A DNA stretch of 64,000 nt from positions 32,001-96,000 of IMG/VR virus record IMGVR_UViG_3300027668_002455, one strand, 5' to 3'. Each line of letters begins with the position of its first letter. Position 1 is the stretch's first letter. The notes under the pieces are model-generated. The model was not told where the DNA came from. It saw only the letters and a program-made list of their open reading frames with translations, and searched no databases. The position numbers and the translations under genes were made by a program. The DNA is from a virus. This document shows, piece after piece, positions 46,335-55,046 of the stretch.

Positions 46335-46753
46335 GGGAGCGTACTGGATTCGATTTAGATTCTTACGCCAGATTGCAAGCAGAGGATGATGGTTGGCCTC
46401 TTAAAAAAACTATCAAAAACCTATATGCCAACAATGACGTTGACATGGCTCCTTCGCTAGCTGAAGCAGACGAGATTCTCGCTCGTTTTGGCTGGGCTGA
46501 AGAGGCCGCGCTGGTAGCTTAGTTCTACCCCGTCCTGCCTCGGATGCTCGCTAAGAGGGTCAGGGCGTCGATAGCGAGCAAAAACTGGAGCACAACAGTA
46601 AAGGAGCCCAGTATAAAATTGATACATCCTTTGCGAACTCGTACAGGCGGTTTGTCGGTGACATGCCAAGCGAGTATTAACACCGACTAAGCTTGTAGTA
46701 TATTTGAGCCGACGGCTCTAAAGACGCGGGTTCGATCCCCGCCGCTTCCACCA
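46335..46753 (+). ncRNA. ssrA: tmRNA (one-piece), tag reading frame 46427-46522
   Basis: 5' GGGAGCG..CTGGATTCGA and 3' GGGTTCGATCCCC.CCGCTTCCACCA; G3-U alanine identity pair; tag ANND...AALVA*. Confidence 0.93.
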
Positions 46754-46760
46754 AATCTAA

Positions 46761-46928
46761 ATGGATACCTTACTCATACAACTAGTAAAAAGGTATAGGC
46801 AGGAAATAAAAGATTCCAAAAACGAAGCCGAAAGAAAAATTTTGCGTAAAGTGGTCAGGGATTTAGAAAAAATGATTTATTGTTACCAACCGTCTGCAAC
46901 CTATACGCTAACTAAATGGAGCGATTAA
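46761..46928 (+). CDS. Small hypothetical protein (55 aa)
   Basis: ATG just after the tmRNA; open frame. Confidence 0.45.
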   Translation: MDTLLIQLVKRYRQEIKDSKNEAERKILRKVVRDLEKMIYCYQPSATYTLTKWSD

Positions 46929-46930
46929 AT

Positions 46931-47401
46931 CTACTTTACTTTACCTATGATATCATCCTCATAGATTATCCCCCACCATGATACGTCCCGATTATCTCCT
47001 ACCACCCAATACTCTTGTGGCCCCAAGGTAAACGGACCTTCATTCACGTTAAAGCCAAGGTCTTCCCAGTTAAATTCATCTATAAATTCTCGGCCATTTA
47101 CATAAATGATACCTCTCTTTATCTCTATGACTTCATAGGGAAGGGCAACGACACGTTTAACTAAAAACTCCCCGAACCCCCAGTGCCAAAAAGCTATCAC
47201 ATCTCCCCGATCAGGGCTCTGTAGATCATAGGATAGCTTATTGACTAGAATGACGTCCTTATCATCAATAGACGGATCCATAGATGCCCCATCCACGAGA
47301 AAGATCCGATACCCGAACCTAAAAACCCCTGCCAAAATAGTAACTAATATCAAAAGCCTAATTCCCCACCAAAAATCTTCTTTTTTAAATTTAAAATTCA
47401 T
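46931..47401 (-). CDS. lepB: Signal peptidase I
   Basis: TM anchor, G.SM.P (Ser), LVKRV (Lys), GDNR..S. Confidence 0.9.
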   Translation of the reverse strand: MNFKFKKEDFWWGIRLLILVTILAGVFRFGYRIFLVDGASMDPSIDDKDVILVNKLSYDLQSPDRGDVIAFWHWGFGEFLVKRVVALPYEVIEIKRGIIYVNGREFIDEFNWEDLGFNVNEGPFTLGPQEYWVVGDNRDVSWWGIIYEDDIIGKVK

Positions 47402-47495
47402 TTTAACCCTCTAGTTAGACCCCTTATCATAGTAATAAATACATAAAAAAAAATTAATTAACTAATAATTTTTTGGTGTAATTAGAGGTAAGCTT

Positions 47496-47786
47496 ATGAT
47501 GGATGCACAAATTATTCTAAACATTGCCTTTGGCACAATTTTGTTTTTAGGAGGGTGGCTACTGAAGCTTATCTTGGGTCACATTAATGAAATCAAATCA
47601 AATCACGAAAAATTACTTATAAAACATATTGAGGACATGGAATCCCTTCTAGAGAAACACACCAACCTAGCTCTCTCCATGCCAGAGAAATATGTCTCCA
47701 AAGACGACTTCCAAACCTTTGTGGAACGCATAGACCATCGATTTAATAGGATTGAAGAAAAACTCGACGATCTTCTTAAAAAATAG
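47496..47786 (+). CDS. Single-TM coiled-coil protein
   Basis: N-terminal TM; YVSKDDF...RF.RIEEKLD. Confidence 0.6.
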   Translation: MMDAQIILNIAFGTILFLGGWLLKLILGHINEIKSNHEKLLIKHIEDMESLLEKHTNLALSMPEKYVSKDDFQTFVERIDHRFNRIEEKLDDLLKK

Positions 47787-47820
47787 TTTCATTCTTCCAG
47801 CATAAGGGCTATAATGAGAT

Positions 47821-48639
47821 ATGCTGTCTATTTATAGCACTGCTTTTAATGTAATTAAAAATAACTTTGACTACAAAGACGCAGTTAAAAACTTCTGCCT
47901 TTTCGCGCAAGAGGTAGTTATCTCAATAAATAAGAGTGACGACGATACATGGGAAGCCTTCGAGGAACTCAAAAAGACCTACGGAAACCTAACCACTATA
48001 CCCGCCAGTGTAAGCTATGAGGACCCCTGCATTGATGGAAAATTATTTAATTTAGCCCTTCAAAATACTACCCAAGAATTTAAGATTCTTCTTGGGTTAG
48101 ACCAACGAATCCCACTCAGGCAGCGGGAGAATTGGGAGCAACTGGCTTACTCTCTGAGGTTCGCCTCTCATGACGCATATCTTATCCCCGTTTTAGACCT
48201 CTGGGGAAGCGAGAATAAAATTCGATGGGATCCAGAAACCAATGTAAGTTTTCAGTGGTTCCTTCATAAGGACGGATTAGAAAGGGGCGTCGTGGATTTC
48301 GCCCAACTACCTAACGGCAAATTTGATCCATCAAAAAGTGACTCAAGTGAATTAATTTACCCCGACGGAAAGCTCGTAAAACACGAACACTATCTACAGG
48401 GAGGGAGTCCAACAAATTTAGAAGATTACTTGCTTGCATTAGAAGAGCAGTCAGTGTATGTTTTTCATTTGGGCTATATGAACTTTGAAAACAGAATTAA
48501 AGTTAATGAAGATATCTGGCGCGAGCAGTGGGAAGAAATCAGACCCCCAGAAAAAAGAGAAAATGCTGTTGCATTGAGTGTGGAAGAGTTAAAAAAACAT
48601 CCAACATTTAAACATAATCTAAAACTTTGGCATGAATAA
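47821..48639 (+). CDS. GT2-like glycosyltransferase
   Basis: S.DDT, LDQR at the DxD position, FHLGY. Confidence 0.6.
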   Translation: MLSIYSTAFNVIKNNFDYKDAVKNFCLFAQEVVISINKSDDDTWEAFEELKKTYGNLTTIPASVSYEDPCIDGKLFNLALQNTTQEFKILLGLDQRIPLRQRENWEQLAYSLRFASHDAYLIPVLDLWGSENKIRWDPETNVSFQWFLHKDGLERGVVDFAQLPNGKFDPSKSDSSELIYPDGKLVKHEHYLQGGSPTNLEDYLLALEEQSVYVFHLGYMNFENRIKVNEDIWREQWEEIRPPEKRENAVALSVEELKKHPTFKHNLKLWHE

Positions 48640-49618
48640 AAAATTAGGACTAGTCGGTTGCGGTTATTGGGGACCCAATATCGTAAGGAATATACAAAAA
48701 TTAAAAGGCGCAAGTCTTGAATTTCTTGTAGACACAAACCCTGAAGCATTAAATAAGCTATCGGTAGCAACCTCGCTGTATTCTGATTTAGAATCAGCAC
48801 TAGAACGGCACAAAGAGGTTGAAGGGGTGATCATTGCTACCCCCATTTCTACTCACTTTGAACTTGCAAAGAAAGTGCTAGAGTCTGGAAGGAGTGTTTT
48901 GATACAAAAGCCAATGACCATGAACGCACAGGAGTGTGACGTTTTAATGGACATTGCAAAATCTAAAAGCCTAGTGATAATGGTTGCACACACCTTTTTA
49001 TTCACTGGGGCGGTAAGGAAACTCAAGGAGCTTGTGGATTCTAATCACCTTGGTGACTTAAAGCACCTAGACTCTTGTCGGATTAACCTTGGCCTTTTTC
49101 AACGGGACTCTAATGTCGTATGGGACTTGGCCCCTCATGACTTTTCTATCTTGAGCTACTTAATTGGAGATAGAAAACCACTATTCTTATCAGCAGTGGG
49201 CTCAAGCCATACCCCCAAAGGCAACGCAGATGTTGCTAATATTTCTGTTCAATATGACGATGGATTTTCAGCCCACATCCACGTGAGTTGGTTTTCCCCA
49301 ATCAAGGTGCGTAATTTAATTCTTAACGGGAGTGAGAGGATGGTTGTTTACAACGACAACAAGCCCTCAGAAAAAATTATGATCTATGATAAAAGCGTAA
49401 GCTATGACGACAGCGTTTTTGACTATAGGTCAGGAGATATGTTTTGCCCCAAGCTAGAACACACAGAGGCAATTGAAGAAGAAATCAAGCACTTTTGTGA
49501 ATGCATGGACGGAGCAGAATGTATTTCTGGCCCCGAACTAGGTAAAAAGGTTGTTAAATTAATCGAAGCTACCAATAAATCCATGGGGTTAAAAGGGGAA
49601 CCATTCGATGTACAGTAA
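48632..49618 (+). CDS. Gfo/Idh/MocA oxidoreductase (NDP-sugar 3-dehydrogenase-like)
   Basis: GCGYWG, ATP..TH, QKP, WDLAPHD. Confidence 0.9.
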   Translation: MNKKLGLVGCGYWGPNIVRNIQKLKGASLEFLVDTNPEALNKLSVATSLYSDLESALERHKEVEGVIIATPISTHFELAKKVLESGRSVLIQKPMTMNAQECDVLMDIAKSKSLVIMVAHTFLFTGAVRKLKELVDSNHLGDLKHLDSCRINLGLFQRDSNVVWDLAPHDFSILSYLIGDRKPLFLSAVGSSHTPKGNADVANISVQYDDGFSAHIHVSWFSPIKVRNLILNGSERMVVYNDNKPSEKIMIYDKSVSYDDSVFDYRSGDMFCPKLEHTEAIEEEIKHFCECMDGAECISGPELGKKVVKLIEATNKSMGLKGEPFDVQ

Positions 49619-50069
49619 TGTTAAAGACTCGAAGGTGGGCACGGGCGTAAATATTTATAGCTTTTGTAACATCTATGGATGTACCATTGGAGACGAAACA
49701 CAAATAGGTTCTCACGTAGAAATCCAACGCGGAGCTATCATAGGTAAAAGCTGCAAGATTTCTAGTCACTCCTTTATTTGTGACGGGGTTACCATTGAGG
49801 ACGGCGTTTTTATAGGTCACGGAGTAGTATTTATTAATGATCGCAAACCTAAATCCTGCAATGAGAACGGAACTAAGCAGAAAGAAGGCGACTGGACTTT
49901 AGAAAAAACCGTAGTTAAAAAGGGGGCATCGATTGGTTCTAATGCTACAATTTTATGTGGCATCACGATAGGGGTTGACGCGACAGTCGGAGCAGGGTCC
50001 GTAGTCACTAAAGATGTGCCCCCAGAGTCTATTGTTTGTGGAAACCCAGCCCGAATAAAAGGAAATTAA
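49608..50069 (+). CDS. Hexapeptide-repeat N-acetyltransferase (WbpD/QdtC-like)
   Basis: Left-handed beta-helix repeats, FIND, VGAGSVVTKDV, GNPAR. Confidence 0.9.
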   Translation: MYSNVKDSKVGTGVNIYSFCNIYGCTIGDETQIGSHVEIQRGAIIGKSCKISSHSFICDGVTIEDGVFIGHGVVFINDRKPKSCNENGTKQKEGDWTLEKTVVKKGASIGSNATILCGITIGVDATVGAGSVVTKDVPPESIVCGNPARIKGN

Positions 50070-51164
50070 ATGAAAGTTAAATTCTTAGATTTATCTAAAC
50101 AAAATAAATACATAAAGAAAAAATTAATGTCAGAATTTTCTGATATTATTGACAATACGGCTTATGTTTCTGGAAAAAGAGTAGAAGCCTTTGAACAGTC
50201 TTTTGCAGAATATTGTGATGCAAAATACTGCGTAGCTACGAGCAGCGGAACCTCCGCATTACACTTAGCTCTCTCATGCTATAAACATAAGGGAGAAGTA
50301 TTAACTACCCCCAACAGTTTCATAGCTACAAGCGAAGCTATTTCCTACTGTCCAGATTTAAAACATAAATTTGTAGATGTAAATTGGACTGGAAATATGG
50401 ATTTTGAGGAAGCTGTCAAAAAAACAAATTCCAAAACCCGCTTTATACTTCCCACGAGTCTCTATGGCAATCCGTGTGACTTATTTAGCCTAAAGGTTAT
50501 AGCAAATCATAGTAACTCTGTGTTAATAAACGACGCAGCACAGGCACACGGAGCAACCCTTAACGGAAAAAAAATTGCCTCTCAAATCATGCTGACGTGC
50601 TTTAGTTTTTATCCGGGAAAAAATCTAGGAACCTGCGGAGAAGGGGGCGCTGTAGTTACTAATTCCAAACAGCTTTACGAATTAATGAAGTGCTTGTCAA
50701 GCCATGGACAAACCAGAAAGTATTATCACTCTTTAGTGGGGTATAATTATAGAATGAGTGAGATAGAAGCCGCAGCCCTGAATATTAAATTACCTTATCT
50801 AGATGAGTGGACTGATCAGAGAATCGAAGCCGCGCATAGATATAGAGTTAATTTAGCAGAGAATAAAAAAGTTAAGATGCTGCAAGTGAAAGAAAATAAC
50901 CGTTGCGTTTACCACATCTTTCCCATCTTCATTAAAAACAGAAATAAGGTTCAAGCCGAACTACTCAAAGAGGGGGTACAAAGTGCCCTTCACTACCCAA
51001 AACCCATACACCTTCAGAAAGCCTATCAATACTTAAAGCACAAAAGGGGAGATTTTCCAGTAGCTGAAAAACAGGCGTCCATGGAGTTAAGTTTACCCAT
51101 CTATCCGGGAATAACCACGAAAGAAATTGATTATGTTTGTAAAAAATTGGAAGACATTTTATGA
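50070..51164 (+). CDS. DegT/DnrJ/EryC1/StrS sugar aminotransferase
   Basis: SGTSAL, DAAQAHG, SFYPGKNLG, GYNYRM. Confidence 0.93.
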   Translation: MKVKFLDLSKQNKYIKKKLMSEFSDIIDNTAYVSGKRVEAFEQSFAEYCDAKYCVATSSGTSALHLALSCYKHKGEVLTTPNSFIATSEAISYCPDLKHKFVDVNWTGNMDFEEAVKKTNSKTRFILPTSLYGNPCDLFSLKVIANHSNSVLINDAAQAHGATLNGKKIASQIMLTCFSFYPGKNLGTCGEGGAVVTNSKQLYELMKCLSSHGQTRKYYHSLVGYNYRMSEIEAAALNIKLPYLDEWTDQRIEAAHRYRVNLAENKKVKMLQVKENNRCVYHIFPIFIKNRNKVQAELLKEGVQSALHYPKPIHLQKAYQYLKHKRGDFPVAEKQASMELSLPIYPGITTKEIDYVCKKLEDIL

Positions 51165-52051
51165 AAGTAAAAATTTTAGGATGGAAAAACGAAGAGCTCT
51201 CTATTGTTAATAGATTAGAGCGGGGCTTCATAGAGCTTGGGCATGAGGTTGTTTTTTTTAATGAAACACCAGATCTACTAATAGCCATCAACCCAGATGT
51301 TTATAGTGATGCCATTGAGGAGGAGGTCACAGAGGATGGGTTGAAAATTTTTAATGTTCTCGATGTACCAGAGCATCTCCTTGACACCTACCCTATTAAT
51401 GATATCAAAGAGCAGCTAAAAGAAGCAGACGTAATCACATCTATCTCTCACTTTACAAAAAAACAAATAAAAAAATATTTCAAGAAAAACGCCCAAGTAG
51501 TTTATACCCCCTCCTTAGAGATAGAAAACATTCCGCGCAATAAAGACATTGATTTTTTGTACGTAGGTAGAGCCACAGACCCCAATAAAAGATTTGATTT
51601 AATTGTCAACGGAATGAGAGACGCTGGAATGCCCCTTTCCAGCCTTACAGTGTGTGGCCCTGATCCAATTTCTTGCGGGATTTATCGCGGACTTGTGACC
51701 TCAACGCACCTTAATGAATTATACAATCAAGCAAAAGTAGTTCTATTGCCATCAAAACTTGAGGGCGTAGGGTTAAGTATGATAGAGGGAGCCATGGCAC
51801 AAGCAGTCCCTCTCACCTGTAGTGATAATAAAACTGTAAAAGAGTTTGGACTTGAAGAGTTTTGCGCGGAACCAGATCCCGAGAGCTATGGAAGGGCAAT
51901 GATGAAGACGTTAATAAATTTTTTAGAAAAAAAACAACGAGTACAAGAAATTGTAAAAGAACAAGATCTTTTTAATAAATTTGACAAAAAAACAGTTGCT
52001 CAAAAATACATCGATATTTATGAAAATAGGATTAATAGCGTCGGCGTATAA
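51161..52051 (+). CDS. Glycosyltransferase (GT4-like)
   Basis: YVGR...NK, PS..EGVGL..IEG. Confidence 0.8.
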   Translation: MKVKILGWKNEELSIVNRLERGFIELGHEVVFFNETPDLLIAINPDVYSDAIEEEVTEDGLKIFNVLDVPEHLLDTYPINDIKEQLKEADVITSISHFTKKQIKKYFKKNAQVVYTPSLEIENIPRNKDIDFLYVGRATDPNKRFDLIVNGMRDAGMPLSSLTVCGPDPISCGIYRGLVTSTHLNELYNQAKVVLLPSKLEGVGLSMIEGAMAQAVPLTCSDNKTVKEFGLEEFCAEPDPESYGRAMMKTLINFLEKKQRVQEIVKEQDLFNKFDKKTVAQKYIDIYENRINSVGV

Positions 52052-52784
52052 TTGTGCACAGTTCTTAGAAGACTGTCTAGAGCCTTGGGGATTTTTTAAA
52101 AAACACAGTGAGCACGAGCTATGCTGTAGCTTTATCCATAATTGTTTTAAAGAAAACAAAGAGCTTCACTTGCCTATTGAATCAAATGATGATACAGCTA
52201 AAATTTTAGAACAAAAATATGACGACGGGACAATAGACTACTATAACTTTTCAACGGAACACCTTAAAGAGCACGAGGCCAGAAATGTATGTTTGAAAAA
52301 TGTGCTCCAAGAAAATGTAGATTACGTATGGACACTGGGGCTAGACGAGCTTTATACTGTTGATGAAATAAAAAAGACACTAGCCTTTGTAGAGGCCAAC
52401 CCCTTTGTAGATTGGTTCAAAATTAATTATAAAAACTACATCTTTGATGGTACACAGTGGGTGGATGGATTTTGTCCTCCTAGGATTTTTAAAGTAAATA
52501 CACACGCAGGATTAAAAGAGTTATATTATGATGATGATTTTGTTTATACAGACGGAACTGATTACAAAAAGTTATCTAACCTAGAAGTCCCCAAGGTAAT
52601 TGCCCACGTCAAGCATATGACTTGGCTTCATAGTAACGGTAAAGCTAAAGTTGAATACCAAAAATTACGCTGGGGAGACAACGGGTGCAGTTATTCGTGG
52701 GACTATAAAGAGAATAAATTGAAATTTAATGAAAATTTTTATAAGATTACCAATAAATCCTTACCAATTATAAATTATGAGTGA
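52020..52784 (+). CDS. GT2-like glycosyltransferase
   Basis: SAYN, S.DDT, EARN, LDE; start revised to 52020. Confidence 0.65.
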   Translation: MKIGLIASAYNCAQFLEDCLEPWGFFKKHSEHELCCSFIHNCFKENKELHLPIESNDDTAKILEQKYDDGTIDYYNFSTEHLKEHEARNVCLKNVLQENVDYVWTLGLDELYTVDEIKKTLAFVEANPFVDWFKINYKNYIFDGTQWVDGFCPPRIFKVNTHAGLKELYYDDDFVYTDGTDYKKLSNLEVPKVIAHVKHMTWLHSNGKAKVEYQKLRWGDNGCSYSWDYKENKLKFNENFYKITNKSLPIINYE

Positions 52785-53715
52785 AGAACGCGAAATGAAA
52801 TTGTGGCTTTGCGGGATAACGCAAAACCGCCTTAAAGATATCGACGAAATGACCAAGGACATCCATCAATATTTTGATGGCCTTATTTTTGTTGACGGTT
52901 ACTCTACCGATGGAACTTTTGAACTTCTTCAAGAAAGACAGGGGGAAGGCAAGATCCTTCAGCGAAGATGGACAAATGACCATGATTTTCAAATGAATGA
53001 GTTCTTGCGCCAAGGACCGATGAAAAATGGGGACTGGTTCGTAACGCTAGATTCCCCTGATAGATTAGTTGTGAAATGGGCTGAGCAACTAAAAGAGGAA
53101 ATAAAAGGGCTTCACAAAGAAAAAGTGGGAGGTATCGGGATGGCTGGAAAAGTTTATTTAGCACAATATTTTGATCATATGTTTTATTTTCACACCCCTC
53201 ACTGGGGGTTAAATGGAATCGTGAATCAAATAAAGAACTACTCTGAAGAAGAAAAAAAAGAATACATAACAAGTGTTCGATTTGATGATCCAGTAAATTC
53301 AGCACTGCTGCACCCCGTAAAATATTACTATGTTTATGGTCGGTCAAATCACTGTAACTTGCTTTACCAGCAGTTTGGAAATGATGTTTTACAATTTCAT
53401 GAATCTCAGCGATTACAGTTTAGAATTTTTTGTCAAAACACTTTAAATCTAGATTTCACATTAGATTCCCTTGCAGAATATATGAAGACGGGTGACTGGC
53501 CTGAATATTTTTTAGAAGTTGTAGAACTCGAAGTTAATCTTAAAGACCTTTATAGGTACAGAGTTTTAGGACAGCCCTTTGAAGAAATCCTTGAAAATCG
53601 TTTTGATTGGAGTATTAAGGAATATTTTAAAACCGGCGACAAGAGCCAAAAAGATACCTCATACACCGGACCGTTTAACAGGTATCGAGCCGAGCTTGGA
53701 GCCCTACAGGAATAA
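52777..53715 (+). CDS. GT2-like glycosyltransferase
   Basis: VDGYSTDGT, W...LDS.D. Confidence 0.65.
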   Translation: MSEEREMKLWLCGITQNRLKDIDEMTKDIHQYFDGLIFVDGYSTDGTFELLQERQGEGKILQRRWTNDHDFQMNEFLRQGPMKNGDWFVTLDSPDRLVVKWAEQLKEEIKGLHKEKVGGIGMAGKVYLAQYFDHMFYFHTPHWGLNGIVNQIKNYSEEEKKEYITSVRFDDPVNSALLHPVKYYYVYGRSNHCNLLYQQFGNDVLQFHESQRLQFRIFCQNTLNLDFTLDSLAEYMKTGDWPEYFLEVVELEVNLKDLYRYRVLGQPFEEILENRFDWSIKEYFKTGDKSQKDTSYTGPFNRYRAELGALQE

Positions 53716-53718
53716 AAA

Positions 53719-54075
53719 ATGATTAACCTCGCAGTCAGCGAAGCTTATGCTTTTGATTACTTGGCCATCTTACAAATAAAATGTGAGATAGACCCAAAGA
53801 AAAACTTTGCAAATTATGCTGGCTGCGTAACCCGTGTTATTGATGAAATTAATGACAACGATAAATGGAACGAAGTAATGAATTCTGTGTGTTATAAAAA
53901 CCTGTACGAAGCTAACAGAAAAATTTTTGAAGCCGTTGAAGATGCTAAGGAGGATGGGGTTTTAGCCAGCTACGTAGATAGATGCAACTACGAAAGATTT
54001 CTGGCCAAAAAAGCATTACAGGAAAAGTTTTTTCCTGAAGAAAAATTTAATGAAAAAAAACTGGGATACAAATAA
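53719..54075 (+). CDS. Hypothetical helical protein
   Basis: D.L.ILQIK...L...N..IF...N.ERF..K pattern. Confidence 0.55.
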   Translation: MINLAVSEAYAFDYLAILQIKCEIDPKKNFANYAGCVTRVIDEINDNDKWNEVMNSVCYKNLYEANRKIFEAVEDAKEDGVLASYVDRCNYERFLAKKALQEKFFPEEKFNEKKLGYK

Positions 54076-54078
54076 AAC

Positions 54079-54987
54079 ATGTATCCAGAACATCACAATG
54101 AAACCACTGTCGTGCAGGGCTCAGATAATGCCATAGAGGTAAGGCCACCTGAGAATGCAAAGGTCGGCATTGTTAACAGTGGGGGAGGCATAGGGGACAA
54201 GATACAATTTGCCTCTATGCCTGAAAATTATTATTATAGTTTTGGAAAAAAGTTAGTAGACTTGCAGCATCTATGGGTTTACGACCATAATCCGTATGTC
54301 GAAAGACTCGGCCCTGACAATGGAGGAGTCATGGACGGAACAGTGGGTGTTGCAATAGATCTTTACAAAAATCAGCTTTTCTTCAAAGAGGGTGATAAGC
54401 CTCTCATAGGTTTAATAAAATTCAAAGATGAAAAATCTTACGTTTCTCAACCCGATAGATTTAAACAGCTATTTAACATACCCCGTGTTCGATTAAGGCA
54501 CCCACGGCTCTACCGATTCGAAGAATTGCAGGGAGAAAAATTGGGGATTGTTACTGTTCATACTACTGGAAAATCTGAAGGTGGAGAAATACCCAACCAC
54601 GTTATTGATCAAATAGCTGAGAACTATAAAAGCTATAGTATTTATCAAGTGGGGGGGCCAAATGATAAAGACACGCCGTTTATAGATAGACGCGGACTTG
54701 GAATGTGGGAAAGCGCCCAGTTAATTGCTTCAAGTCAAATTTTTATTGGAGTTAATAGCTCGATGATGAACATTGCTCAGTGCTACCCAAGAGTTAACAG
54801 GAAGCTTATTTTAATTGAAAACAATAAGAACTTTAAGACAAGTCACCTTGATTCTTATAAGCCCCTATGTCACTACCCAGAGGATGATGACACTGGAACC
54901 AGTTCAATGTGGGTGGACTATAACTGGCAATATTATAATGTTCATGATCACGACATAGGAATAACATATAGCTATAAAAAATTATAA
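54079..54987 (+). CDS. GT9 (heptosyltransferase-like) glycosyltransferase
   Basis: GIGD, NPYV, QVG, FIGVNSS.M.IA. Confidence 0.7.
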   Translation: MYPEHHNETTVVQGSDNAIEVRPPENAKVGIVNSGGGIGDKIQFASMPENYYYSFGKKLVDLQHLWVYDHNPYVERLGPDNGGVMDGTVGVAIDLYKNQLFFKEGDKPLIGLIKFKDEKSYVSQPDRFKQLFNIPRVRLRHPRLYRFEELQGEKLGIVTVHTTGKSEGGEIPNHVIDQIAENYKSYSIYQVGGPNDKDTPFIDRRGLGMWESAQLIASSQIFIGVNSSMMNIAQCYPRVNRKLILIENNKNFKTSHLDSYKPLCHYPEDDDTGTSSMWVDYNWQYYNVHDHDIGITYSYKKL

Positions 54988-55046
54988 AAAAAACAGGTAA
55001 AATTTTAAAATTAGTGGAATTTCTTAATAGTCTGTAATATAATGAT

